This document shows positions 15,703 to 24,235 of a stretch of DNA of 33,199 nucleotides, one piece after another. Position numbers and translations under genes: made by a program. Origin of the DNA: an archaeon (lineage in GTDB: Archaea; EX4484-52; B79-G9); the NCBI GenBank assembly GCA_043813875.1, contig JBDRKP010000069.1, positions 1 through 33,199 of the forward strand, read 5' to 3'. Below the pieces are notes generated by a model. The model was not told where the DNA came from. It did not search any database and saw only the letters and a list, made by a program, of their open reading frames with translations. Position 1 is the first letter of the stretch; every line of letters starts with the position of its first letter.

Positions 15703-16995
15703 TTATACATTTTTACATGCCTTGTAGATGTTATCAAATAATAATGGAAGTAGAACCTGGTTCACTGATGAATAGGAGATCCTGAGGAGATTTCCAAGTG
15801 AGATGACGCCTGTATCGTATCTGTCCAAAAGGATCTTACGGATGATGTTCGCGTCCTGTGTCTTTTTTAATCTTAAGCACATGAAGTATCCTGAATTGAA
15901 GGGGAGCGCCTCGAAATATTCGCCGTATTCGGGGTGCTCTTTCAGGATGGATTTCGTGCGATCGTATCTTGCCTTCAGTATATCGTATTTCTCTTTCTTT
16001 TCCTGTGAGTATGACGGCGAATCCATCGCGTGGAGGACGAGTGATTGCGAGAGGTTAGAGGCGTTCGAGATGTTTCCGCGTATGGCGCCTGCGGTCTTTG
16101 ATTCGAGAGCGCCGCATGCCTCGTCTGTGATGCCCTGATACGCGTATGTGATGAAGCCGATGCGAAAGCCCCAGACGTAGTCTTCTTTTGTAGCGCCGTC
16201 AATCTTGACTGCAAGCACGTTTTTTGAAATGTCTGCGAGCCCTGAGAATATGGATTCTTTGTATATGCCGTCTTCGTATACGAGGCCGAAGTATGCGTCG
16301 TCTATTATCACGACGATGTTCTTGCCGCTGTCTGCTGCGCCTTTGATTGCGCTTGTTATCTGTTCTACTTCTGCATCTTTCGGCGTGTAGCCTGACGGGT
16401 TGTTTGGGAAGTTGAGGATGATTATCTTTTTTTTGCCGGGGGTGTCCAGCTTTTCTCTCAGGCCTTCAATGTTGAAGCTGTCGCCCTTGAAGCACGGGAA
16501 CGTGGTGAGTCTTGCGCCGTATGCGTTTGTGTAGATAAGCTTATAATTGCCCCAGAAGAGATCGGGGAGTATTATCTCGTCGTTCTCGTCTGCAAACAGG
16601 TACCCGGCTATGCTCAGGCCATGTGTCAGGCCGTTTGAGATCACCGGTGTCGAGATCCTGGCCTTAAGGGATGGATTTTTCTTGCAGATGAGGTCTTTCC
16701 ACCTGTTCCTTAAGTCGTCGCGCCCAAAGCTTGGCGCGTAAGGGAAGATGTCTGATGGCGGGAGACGGATGTTGTCTGCGATCGATCTTAATCTCATGGG
16801 AGTGTTATCGTCTTCTGTGGCAATCCCGATGGTGGCGTTTATCTTTTTTCCTTTAGCATCTTTTGACTGGCCGAGTATGCCGGCTTTGGGGAAGAATATC
16901 TCTGTTCCTCTTTTTGAGAGCATTTCCAGAATGTTTTTGTTTTCTTTTTCCAATATACTGTTCAGTTCTTCTGCTTGCGGATTCATAATAGTCAT
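15703..16995 (-). CDS. PLP-dependent class I/II aminotransferase (aspartate aminotransferase-like)
   Basis: NATIGIA, NFPNNPSGY, IDDAYFG, DGATKE (PLP lysine), GFRIGF, LRISYS. Confidence 0.9.
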   Translation of the reverse strand: MTIMNPQAEELNSILEKENKNILEMLSKRGTEIFFPKAGILGQSKDAKGKKINATIGIATEDDNTPMRLRSIADNIRLPPSDIFPYAPSFGRDDLRNRWKDLICKKNPSLKARISTPVISNGLTHGLSIAGYLFADENDEIILPDLFWGNYKLIYTNAYGARLTTFPCFKGDSFNIEGLREKLDTPGKKKIIILNFPNNPSGYTPKDAEVEQITSAIKGAADSGKNIVVIIDDAYFGLVYEDGIYKESIFSGLADISKNVLAVKIDGATKEDYVWGFRIGFITYAYQGITDEACGALESKTAGAIRGNISNASNLSQSLVLHAMDSPSYSQEKKEKYDILKARYDRTKSILKEHPEYGEYFEALPFNSGYFMCLRLKKTQDANIIRKILLDRYDTGVISLGNLLRISYSSVNQVLLPLLFDNIYKACKNV

Positions 16996-17202
16996 GGCTC
17001 ACACGGTTGAGTACTTAAATACAATCATCATACTTTGTATTATGTAGTGTTATAATCGATGGAAAACTATATATAGTTATTGGAAACTGTGTTGCCAGTG
17101 AGCAGAAGTTATGAAATGAATCATCACTTACCTTAAGAAATTATATGAATGCTGTTTGTGCCACATGCACTGAGCACTACTTAAATCAGGATATCTATTG
17201 AT

Positions 17203-17484
17203 TCAGATTGTGCGCCTTTTCTGCTCTTTGATCTTTGGGTCGCTATCAGGCCATATCGTGCTGCAGCCGGAACAGACGTAGCCGCCATACATGCTGAGAT
17301 GCGACATGAATTTCATGTTGTCGGAGCCGCAGCCAGGGCAATGTATCTTGTTGTCTTTTCTTACTTTGTCAAGAAGGGATTCGTATGTCATCGGATCACG
17401 TAAGCCATCGTATGTCCATTGATTGGAGACATATCTTTTTATGGTTTTACTATAGTCAATTGAATTACTTTTGAGCAAAAACAT
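17203..17484 (-). CDS. Small zinc-ribbon protein
   Basis: CPGCGS...YVCSGC pairs. ATG at 17484. Confidence 0.6.
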   Translation of the reverse strand: MFLLKSNSIDYSKTIKRYVSNQWTYDGLRDPMTYESLLDKVRKDNKIHCPGCGSDNMKFMSHLSMYGGYVCSGCSTIWPDSDPKIKEQKRRTI

Positions 17485-17510
17485 ACCCAAAAACCAAATT
17501 CAATTGAGTA

Positions 17511-17692
17511 TCCTGAGCTATTTTGAAAACGTGTTTTTCAAAATAAGCAAGTTTTCAATTTCGCAAATAAACTTGCGAAATGCTCGGGAGCTTGCCACAA
17601 AGTGGCAGAGATATGGGAATTCAACATTTTTTGAGCTAGCTCAAAAAGCTTGGCATGATTAATGCCATGAGTCATCAAAAGTTGTTGAATTC
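17511..17692. repeat. Intergenic cluster of abutting/nested inverted repeats
   Basis: tcctgagc/gctcggga enclosing tattttgaaaa-N5-ttttcaaaata and atttcgcaa-N6-ttgcgaaat; tgccac-aaa-gtggca; gaattcaaca/tgttgaattc enclosing tttttgagctagctcaaaaa and tggcat-N5-atgcca. Confidence 0.85.
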
Positions 17693-17698
17693 ACTATA

Positions 17699-18256
17699 TC
17701 ACAGCGTGTGCTCTATCAGTATCTTCATTCCGATGGCGATGAGAATGAGGCCGCCAAGGAGCTCTGCCTTGCTTTTGAACATCCGGCCGAAGCCGTTGCC
17801 GATGTAGACGCCTGCGTACGATATCATGAATGTGGTCGAGCCGAACATGAGCGCCGGGGCAAGAACAGGTATGCTTAAGAAGGCGAAGCTCAGGCCGACT
17901 GCGAGCGCGTCGATGCTTGTCGCTATTGATAAGAGTAAGAGGGCAGATAATGTCAATGTTGAGATATCATCATTTGCTTGTTCTTTTTTTGCGGACTCAT
18001 AAATCATCCTGATGCCGATGATGGAGAGGAGCGTGAAGGCTATCCAGTGGTCGATGCCGGATATGAATCCGGCGAAGCCGATGCCTGCCCACCAGCCAAG
18101 GACGGGCATGAGCGCCTGGAAGATGCCGAAGAAGAGTGCGATCCTCAATGCATAGCCTATCTTTGCCTTCTTCTGTGTTAGGCCTTTTGTTACTGATACC
18201 GCGAAGGCGTCCATCGAGAGGCCGATCGCGATGAGAAGGATTGTGATCGTATCCAT
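17699..18256 (-). CDS. mntP: Manganese efflux pump MntP family
   Basis: AIGLSMDAFAVS, FFGIFQALMP, IDHWIAF, ATSIDALAVG, AELLGGLILIAIG. Confidence 0.93.
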   Translation of the reverse strand: MDTITILLIAIGLSMDAFAVSVTKGLTQKKAKIGYALRIALFFGIFQALMPVLGWWAGIGFAGFISGIDHWIAFTLLSIIGIRMIYESAKKEQANDDISTLTLSALLLLSIATSIDALAVGLSFAFLSIPVLAPALMFGSTTFMISYAGVYIGNGFGRMFKSKAELLGGLILIAIGMKILIEHTL

Positions 18257-18414
18257 CAGTTGTATTGGATTGAATTTGTTTATAAAGGTTAATCCTACAA
18301 AGGCATGTATGAGATGTTGTCTTTCTGTTATATATCTGTTTATATCTGAGTCAAGTCCATGGTCTTTCGAAAGATAGATAAATCTTATCGATAAGTTTTA
18401 TGTGTGTGAATAGC

Positions 18415-19299
18415 ATGTTCCTTTTCCCTGACCCTAAAACGATCGATATAGCCGGTGTGAAAATCGGCGGGCAGCCGGGCGAAAATCCGCCTGTGCTGGC
18501 CGGCACAATCTTCTATGAGAGGCATAAGATATTGACTGGCGCAGGGTTTGATAAGAATGCTGCGCTCGGCCTGATAAATAAACAGCTTGAGATGTCGGAT
18601 GAGACCAAAATCCCGTCGATGATCAATGTGTTCGGCGACAGTGTGAAGACTTTCCGTGAGCGCATCGATTTTGTCGCTGATAACTGCAGGCTGCCGATAA
18701 TGATCGATTCGCCGGATTACGGCGTGAGGATAGCGGCGCTCAAGCATGTGGATGAGGCAGGGCTTTCGAAGAGGGTTATATACAACTCAATCAATCTTTC
18801 TGTCAACAGGGAGGAGATCGAGGCGCTGAAAAAATCGGATGTGGATAGCGCAATCATCCTTGCCTATAATCCTGTAGACTCTTCGCTTGAGGGGAAACTG
18901 CGGTTCCTTGAGAAGGAAGGGGCGTTCGGGAAGGGGATGCTTGATATCGCAAAAGAGGCAGGGATAAAGAATATACTTGTCGATACTGCGATGACGCCGC
19001 TTTATCATGGGGCGGGCATCGCGCTCAAGGGCATTATCGCGTGCAAGTCGAAGTTCGGGTACCCGACCGGGTGCGCGACGCATAACGCGGCTGTCTCATG
19101 GCAGTGGCTTTCAGGAAGACCGACCAAGAGCCTTGTAGACGTGTCGTCAAATATCATCCCTATCGTCCTTGGCGCTGATTTTGTTCTTTTCGGGCCGATC
19201 GAGTATGCTGACAGGGTCTTTGATATCGCAGCGTTTGCCGAGATCGCGATCGAGGAAGCGATGGACGGGATGACTAATATCAGGAAGATCGAGCTTTGA
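18415..19299 (+). CDS. mtrH: Tetrahydromethanopterin S-methyltransferase subunit H (MtrH) family pterin-binding methyltransferase, stand-alone
   Basis: IAGVKIGGQPGENPPVLAGTIFYERH, IMIDS, RVIYNSIN, ILVDTA, FGYPTGCATHNA, GADFVLFGPIE. No other mtr subunits in the window. Confidence 0.88.
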   Translation: MFLFPDPKTIDIAGVKIGGQPGENPPVLAGTIFYERHKILTGAGFDKNAALGLINKQLEMSDETKIPSMINVFGDSVKTFRERIDFVADNCRLPIMIDSPDYGVRIAALKHVDEAGLSKRVIYNSINLSVNREEIEALKKSDVDSAIILAYNPVDSSLEGKLRFLEKEGAFGKGMLDIAKEAGIKNILVDTAMTPLYHGAGIALKGIIACKSKFGYPTGCATHNAAVSWQWLSGRPTKSLVDVSSNIIPIVLGADFVLFGPIEYADRVFDIAAFAEIAIEEAMDGMTNIRKIEL

Positions 19300-19303
19300 G
19301 CTT

Positions 19304-20005
19304 GTGGAGCGACAGATAATGGTTCTTATACGTGCAAGGGATACGGAAGAGGCTTGGCGGAAAGCAGTGAGTGCTGTCTATTCCAAGGGAGATGTGCTCA
19401 GGACCGAAGACGGGGATGAGACGAGGGAGATACTCGGGCTTCTTGTGAAGATATCGCAGCCGTCGCTTGGCGACAAGGATGTGCCGGCGCAATACCCGTT
19501 CAAGGGGCGGGCACTTGAGGACTATATCGACCAGCTCATGACGCCTGTCAACAAGTGGAATTTCGAGTATACTTACGGAGAGAGGATATGGAACTGGGAC
19601 GGGAAGATAAACCAGGTGCAGCTTGCGATCGACCGGATATCTGCCAACCCGCACACGAGGAGGGCGACGTGTGATCTTGCGATTCCCTCAAAGGATACGA
19701 CATCCAATGACCCGCCATGCCTCCGGATCATTGATTTCAAGATAAGGGAAGTGAAGATCGCTCCGATGCTGCCGGCGGTCAAGAAGCTTTTGATGACTGT
19801 GCTTTTCAGGTCGCATGATATCTTCGGAGCCTCTTATGCCAACTGGATAGCGCTTGGCAATCTCCAGAAATATGTCGCAGGCGAGGTATCGAAGAAGAAC
19901 GGGAACAACGTGATTCCCGGCGAGATACACAGCTATTCTGTGTCTGCGCATATCTATGAGAGGGATTTTTCCGGGGCAGAGAGCGTCTTGAGAGATAGGG
20001 GCTGA
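19304..20005 (+). CDS. thyA: Thymidylate synthase, archaeal ThyA type (start GTG 19304 or ATG 19319)
   Basis: FEYTYGERI, NPHTRRA, DPPCL (catalytic Cys), FRSHDIFGA..AN, SAHIYE. Confidence 0.88.
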   Translation: MERQIMVLIRARDTEEAWRKAVSAVYSKGDVLRTEDGDETREILGLLVKISQPSLGDKDVPAQYPFKGRALEDYIDQLMTPVNKWNFEYTYGERIWNWDGKINQVQLAIDRISANPHTRRATCDLAIPSKDTTSNDPPCLRIIDFKIREVKIAPMLPAVKKLLMTVLFRSHDIFGASYANWIALGNLQKYVAGEVSKKNGNNVIPGEIHSYSVSAHIYERDFSGAESVLRDRG

Positions 20006-20514
20006 CGGTCCAATCTATCGAGAATCCCGCCGATATAATCCCTGAATCCTTTCACGAGATTATCGTTTGCTTCCGGCCTTAACACATTCTCCTCTGAATC
20101 GTATCCTCCTTCAAGTATTTTTTTCAGTCTATTTCGAACATAGGAAAAATCGACCCGACCTTCAAGCATGCCTTTGCAGTATGCTGACGCACATAGAGGG
20201 GACTTATACGCGCCTAAGACGCATCCATGGCCTTTTTCATGATACGGGCATAAGGCGTCACTTTCCGGTGCAGACTCTATCCTCATAAGCTCCCGCATGT
20301 CTTTGAGCCTTTTGTAGGCAATGCCGGCCAAATCAAATTCGGATTCTTCTTTAGTGATATCGCAGCATCCTACGCCGTCCTCGTGCCAGCATTGATCCGG
20401 GGCAATCTTATACAGCTCTTCCAGAAGACCTGTACATCCGGTATACTGAACAATGATTTCACCTGTTATATCATTAGGACTGGAATGCATCCTTTCTGTT
20501 TTGAGAAGAGACAT
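19954..20514 (-). CDS. Cysteine-cluster protein (YkgJ/CxxCxxCC-like Zn or Fe-S binding)
   Basis: From ATG 20514: QCWHEDGVGCC...LCPYHEKGHGCVL...KSPLCASAYC. The ORF-track extension to 20715 overlaps the EamA gene and is probably not translated. Confidence 0.6.
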   Translation of the reverse strand: MSLLKTERMHSSPNDITGEIIVQYTGCTGLLEELYKIAPDQCWHEDGVGCCDITKEESEFDLAGIAYKRLKDMRELMRIESAPESDALCPYHEKGHGCVLGAYKSPLCASAYCKGMLEGRVDFSYVRNRLKKILEGGYDSEENVLRPEANDNLVKGFRDYIGGILDRLDRQPLSLKTLSAPEKSLS

Positions 20515-20584
20515 ATTAAATCTTTCTCTTTGAGAACCTGCGCCAGCACTAATAGATATAAATACAGGAAAATAAAACTCATTA

Positions 20585-21451
20585 ATGGATTTATCTTTGG
20601 GGATTGTTTTCGGGCTGATCGCGATGGCAGGATTCGGGCTGCATACTGCGATATCGCAGGTGCCGATCAGGAGTGTCGGGATCGTGCGGACCATCTTTTT
20701 CAGGAATATCTTCACGAGCTCTATCCTGCTTGCCGGAGTCCTGCTTTTTCAGCAGCATGCCACCCTGTCTTTGAAGTATGTGGGTATCGCGCTTGCCATA
20801 TCATTTATGGGCTATATACCGCTTGTCATGTTTTTCAAGGCGCTCAATTCCGGAAAGGTGGGGGTCGTGACTCCTATCGCGAATTCTTCTGTGATATTCA
20901 CTATACTTTTTTCAATCCTTTTTTTCGGGGAATCATTGAGCGGCGTGCAGACGCTTTCTATAGCGCTTATCGTTTTGGGCATCGTGCTGATATCGGTGGA
21001 TTTCGGCGGTCTTAAGAATTCTATGCTGCTCAAGGTCTCGTCCGGCGTGCCTTATGCCCTTGTCACGAGCGTCTTGTGGGGCGTTGTCTTTTTCCTGTTC
21101 AAAATCCCTGTCGATGTCCTGGGGCCGATACTTACTGCTTTTGTGACGGAATTCGGCATCATGATCTTTGCTGCAGCGAATATGGGGCTTATGAGGATGA
21201 AATTCACTGTCCCTGACAAGAAGGATATACGCTATATCGGAATCGCGTCTTTTTTCGGGGCGATTGGAGCGCTTGCATATAATTACGGGATCACTTTCGC
21301 GGATGTTAGCATCGTCGCTGCGCTGACGTTCGCCAACCCGCTCGTGTCGACCCTATATGCGAAAATCGTCTATAGGGAGAAGCTGTGTACGCTGCAGTAC
21401 CTGGCTATTCTTCTGATGATTGCGGGAATCGTTCTGATATCTTATTTTTAA
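20585..21451 (+). CDS. EamA/DMT family transporter
   Basis: About 10 TM segments in two halves; FFKALNSGKVGVVTPIANSS, ILFFGESL, VSIVAALTFANP, YREKL. Confidence 0.9.
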   Translation: MDLSLGIVFGLIAMAGFGLHTAISQVPIRSVGIVRTIFFRNIFTSSILLAGVLLFQQHATLSLKYVGIALAISFMGYIPLVMFFKALNSGKVGVVTPIANSSVIFTILFSILFFGESLSGVQTLSIALIVLGIVLISVDFGGLKNSMLLKVSSGVPYALVTSVLWGVVFFLFKIPVDVLGPILTAFVTEFGIMIFAAANMGLMRMKFTVPDKKDIRYIGIASFFGAIGALAYNYGITFADVSIVAALTFANPLVSTLYAKIVYREKLCTLQYLAILLMIAGIVLISYF

Positions 21452-21516
21452 GACAATGTATATTCAATCTTGGCAAAGGTTTAAAATATTTTGTTACTTA
21501 TAGGTAGCTGATTATT

Positions 21517-21813
21517 ATGTCTATTTATGATACATATATAGAGGGATTAACAAATCTGTTTCGTGAAAAGGGGTGCACTATTAGTGATATATGCAGGAAT
21601 ATCGGTACAGATGAGATTATAGAATCATTTTCCATGAAGACGGGCAGATACAACTATCTAGTTGATGTTCTTTATAGTGGTAATAATGTCAAAGAAATTG
21701 CTGTGAATTTTTCAGACGAATATAAGCATCTTGACAATCCAACTAAGCTAAAAGATGCGGTAATTGATACAACTAAAGAAATTTATGAATATATTCTCAA
21801 AGAAAACTGTTAA
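21517..21813 (+). CDS. Small AT-rich hypothetical protein
   Basis: 98-aa ORF with TATA-like tttaaaata upstream. No motif. Confidence 0.55.
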   Translation: MSIYDTYIEGLTNLFREKGCTISDICRNIGTDEIIESFSMKTGRYNYLVDVLYSGNNVKEIAVNFSDEYKHLDNPTKLKDAVIDTTKEIYEYILKENC

Positions 21814-22062
21814 TTGATGTTTTAAGGGTCGCACGTTGAAATATCTTCAGGTTCTACCATTCATAAATTGTACCAAGCGAAGGTAATCCATCTTGTTTTA
21901 GGCTGATTGGCATCTTGTTTTTAGATCACGTCATACCTGGCTGATGTTTGATTCTTCATTTTATGGATATGGGAGTTTATCCCTGAGTTTACATTTCAAA
22001 AACCTAAAACTTAATAAGATTCTTTATAATATTTAGACTTAATCGTATATCTGGGTAATCTT

Positions 22063-23460
22063 ATGGACTATAAAGGACTGACTGTTGCAGAATTCATTAA
22101 GAAGTCAAAACAGAAGGAGATCGACTTTGCTGATTTTTACGGGAAGCTCGGCAACGAGATTGCTGCGCTCCAGAAGAAATATAATTATTTTGTTACTGTT
22201 GTCGAGAATAAGGACATCTCTGTTGATTCCAAGACCAAACTTGCAGGGCTGCCGATCTCTGCCAAGGACTGCATATGCACGAAGGGCGTGCAGTCGACTG
22301 CGGGATCGAGGATACTTGAAGGGTATGTGCCGCCGTTTGATGCGACTGTGATCGCGCGCGCGAAGTCGGAGGGCGGCGTGCTTATCGGCAAGACTGTCCA
22401 GGACGAGTTCGGGTTCGGCACTTTTTCTACTAATTCGGGATATGGAATTCCGAAAAATCCGCTTGATCCTCTACGGTCTTGCGGGGGATCGAGCGGAGGG
22501 GCTGCCGGGCTTACGGCTGCGCTTTGTCTGCCGCATATCGCTCTTGGGCAGTCTACAGGCGGCTCGATATCCTGTCCTGCATCGTTCTGTGGCGTGGTGG
22601 GACTTACCCCCACCTACGGGAGGGTGTCGCGATATGGGCTGATCGACTACGCGAATTCGCTTGACAAGATTGGGACCATCGGAAAGACGGTCGGTGATGC
22701 ACGGCTCCTCTATGATGTCATATCCGGCTATGATCCGCTTGATGAGACGAGCATAAAGGATGAGGGCAAGAAGGCAGAAAAGACTGATATCAGGAAGGCG
22801 AGGCTTGGGGTGCCGAAGGAATATTTTACTGATGATATGGACAAGGGCGTGAGGAAGGCCGTAGAGGATGCAATCGATAAGCTTCGTGGGCTTGGGGCAA
22901 GCGTTTCTGAATGCTCGCTACCGCATACGAAGTATTCGATTCCCGCGTACTATATCATCGCGATGGCCGAGGCGTCTACCAATCTTGCGAAGTACTGCGG
23001 CATGAGGTACGGGAAAGAGGAGGACCCGAAGGATAAGCATTTTGATGAGTATTTCTCTTACGTGAGGGGAAAGTATCTTGGGAGCGAGGCGAAAAGGAGG
23101 ATCATACTCGGCACTTACACGAGGATGGCGGGATACCGCGACCAGTATTACCTGAAGGCGCTGAAGGTCAGGCGGCTTATCATCGATGATTACAAGAGGG
23201 TGTTTAAGGAGTTTGATGCGCTGGTGGCGCCGACCATGCCGTTTGTCGCGCCGAAGTTCAGCGAGATAAAGAAGCTTACGCCGCTTGAGTGCTACAATGC
23301 GGACATACTGACGGGGGCGCCGAACCTCGCAGGGATGCCGATGCTTTCTTTGCCCTGCGGGTCTTCCAAGGGCATGCCTGTGGGCCTTCACATAATGGCT
23401 GACCACATGAAGGAAGATGTTGCCCTTGATATCGGAGAAGCGTTTGAGGACTCTTCGTAG
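22063..23460 (+). CDS. gatA: Glu/Asp-tRNA amidotransferase subunit A (amidase signature)
   Basis: PISAKDCI, GGSSGG, STGGSISCPASFCG, PTYGRVSRYGL, YYIIAMAEASTNLAKYCGMRYG, EAKRRIILGTY, YYLKALKVR. Confidence 0.93.
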   Translation: MDYKGLTVAEFIKKSKQKEIDFADFYGKLGNEIAALQKKYNYFVTVVENKDISVDSKTKLAGLPISAKDCICTKGVQSTAGSRILEGYVPPFDATVIARAKSEGGVLIGKTVQDEFGFGTFSTNSGYGIPKNPLDPLRSCGGSSGGAAGLTAALCLPHIALGQSTGGSISCPASFCGVVGLTPTYGRVSRYGLIDYANSLDKIGTIGKTVGDARLLYDVISGYDPLDETSIKDEGKKAEKTDIRKARLGVPKEYFTDDMDKGVRKAVEDAIDKLRGLGASVSECSLPHTKYSIPAYYIIAMAEASTNLAKYCGMRYGKEEDPKDKHFDEYFSYVRGKYLGSEAKRRIILGTYTRMAGYRDQYYLKALKVRRLIIDDYKRVFKEFDALVAPTMPFVAPKFSEIKKLTPLECYNADILTGAPNLAGMPMLSLPCGSSKGMPVGLHIMADHMKEDVALDIGEAFEDSS

Positions 23461-23605
23461 CGGCTCTTGGATCCTTTCCTGAGACCTGAATCGGCGTCTT
23501 TTGTTTTCTTTTGTTTATTTATTTACTAAATAGTAGTTTAACATAGAAAGATTTATAAATCTATGACGGACATTTAGATTAAAAGCATCAAGCAGGTTGA
23601 TAATA

Positions 23606-24154
23606 ATGACCAAACTCATGAAGCGCATGGAACCCATGCGTCAAAAAACATGCAAAACATGCCCGAGACCAGTCGCCTCTGTACCCGCTTTCGAGGGAGG
23701 CGCAGGGCTTGCTGTCGGCGATATGAATCGCAATGATAGGGCTGATATAGTCGTCGCGCCATACAAGAAGGGAAAGGCGCACATATATCTGGTAGAGAAC
23801 ATGGACAAAGGGCGCTATAAGAAAAGAAAGATCGGGACCATTCCCGCTTTTGAGGGCGGGATAGGGCTTGCTGTCGGCGATATGAACGGCGATGACAGGC
23901 AGGACATAGTCATCGCGCCGTACAAGGACGGGAAGGCCCATATATATCTTGTCGAGAACAAGGACGGACGGCGCTATAAGAAAAGAAAGATCGGAACAGT
24001 ACCTGCTTTTGAGGGCGGGATAGGGCTTGCTGTCGGCGATATGAACGGCGATGAGAAGCTCGATATAGTCGTCGCCCCATACAAAGACGGGGCGTCAAAT
24101 GTGTACATATTCCTGAACAACGGGGACGGAACCTTCTCTTTCAATGGCAGATGA
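23606..24154 (+). CDS. FG-GAP/VCBS-type repeat protein, about three 53-aa repeats, no signal peptide
   Basis: Repeat PAFEGG(A/I)GLAVGDMN(G/R)xD..DIV(V/I)APYK.G...(I/V)Y..N with DxNxD Ca-binding-like loops. Confidence 0.82.
   Translation: MTKLMKRMEPMRQKTCKTCPRPVASVPAFEGGAGLAVGDMNRNDRADIVVAPYKKGKAHIYLVENMDKGRYKKRKIGTIPAFEGGIGLAVGDMNGDDRQDIVIAPYKDGKAHIYLVENKDGRRYKKRKIGTVPAFEGGIGLAVGDMNGDEKLDIVVAPYKDGASNVYIFLNNGDGTFSFNGR
23681..24126 (+). repeat. 159-bp in-frame tandem repeats (about 2.8 copies)
   Basis: Units start at 23681, 23840 and 23999. Long shared identical runs such as agggcttgctgtcggcgatatgaa. Confidence 0.92.
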
Positions 24155-24235
24155 TTCCGCAATAGCATTATCTTTCTTATTCTTCTTTTCTTGCGATGTC
24201 AACTATATTTAATATTTTGAGATGATAGTTTACTC

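Noticed and set aside
17065..17180. Possible C/D-box sRNA downstream of the palindromic TATA aactatatatagtt
   Set aside because: No canonical RUGAUGA box C and only a weak terminal stem; the TATA is adequately explained as a promoter element for the aminotransferase.
17471..17662. 63-aa ORF across the hairpin tract, or a yybP-ykoY riboswitch for mntP
   Set aside because: TTG start, no RBS and no protein-like features; the tract is downstream of mntP, not in its leader.
18415..19299. Evidence for methanogenesis
   Set aside because: Only an isolated mtrH-like gene; no mtrA-G or mcr genes in the window.
20515..20715. N-terminal extension of the 253-aa minus-strand ORF
   Set aside because: Overlaps the EamA gene start on the opposite strand; ATG 20514 leaves a normal divergent spacer with a TATA box.
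21880..21945. Short duplicated words catcttgtttt and ggctgat
   Set aside because: Only two short copies each, with no periodicity or structure; plausibly decayed sequence.
23681..24126. CRISPR-like array
   Set aside because: Units are 159-bp in-frame coding repeats without unique spacers.
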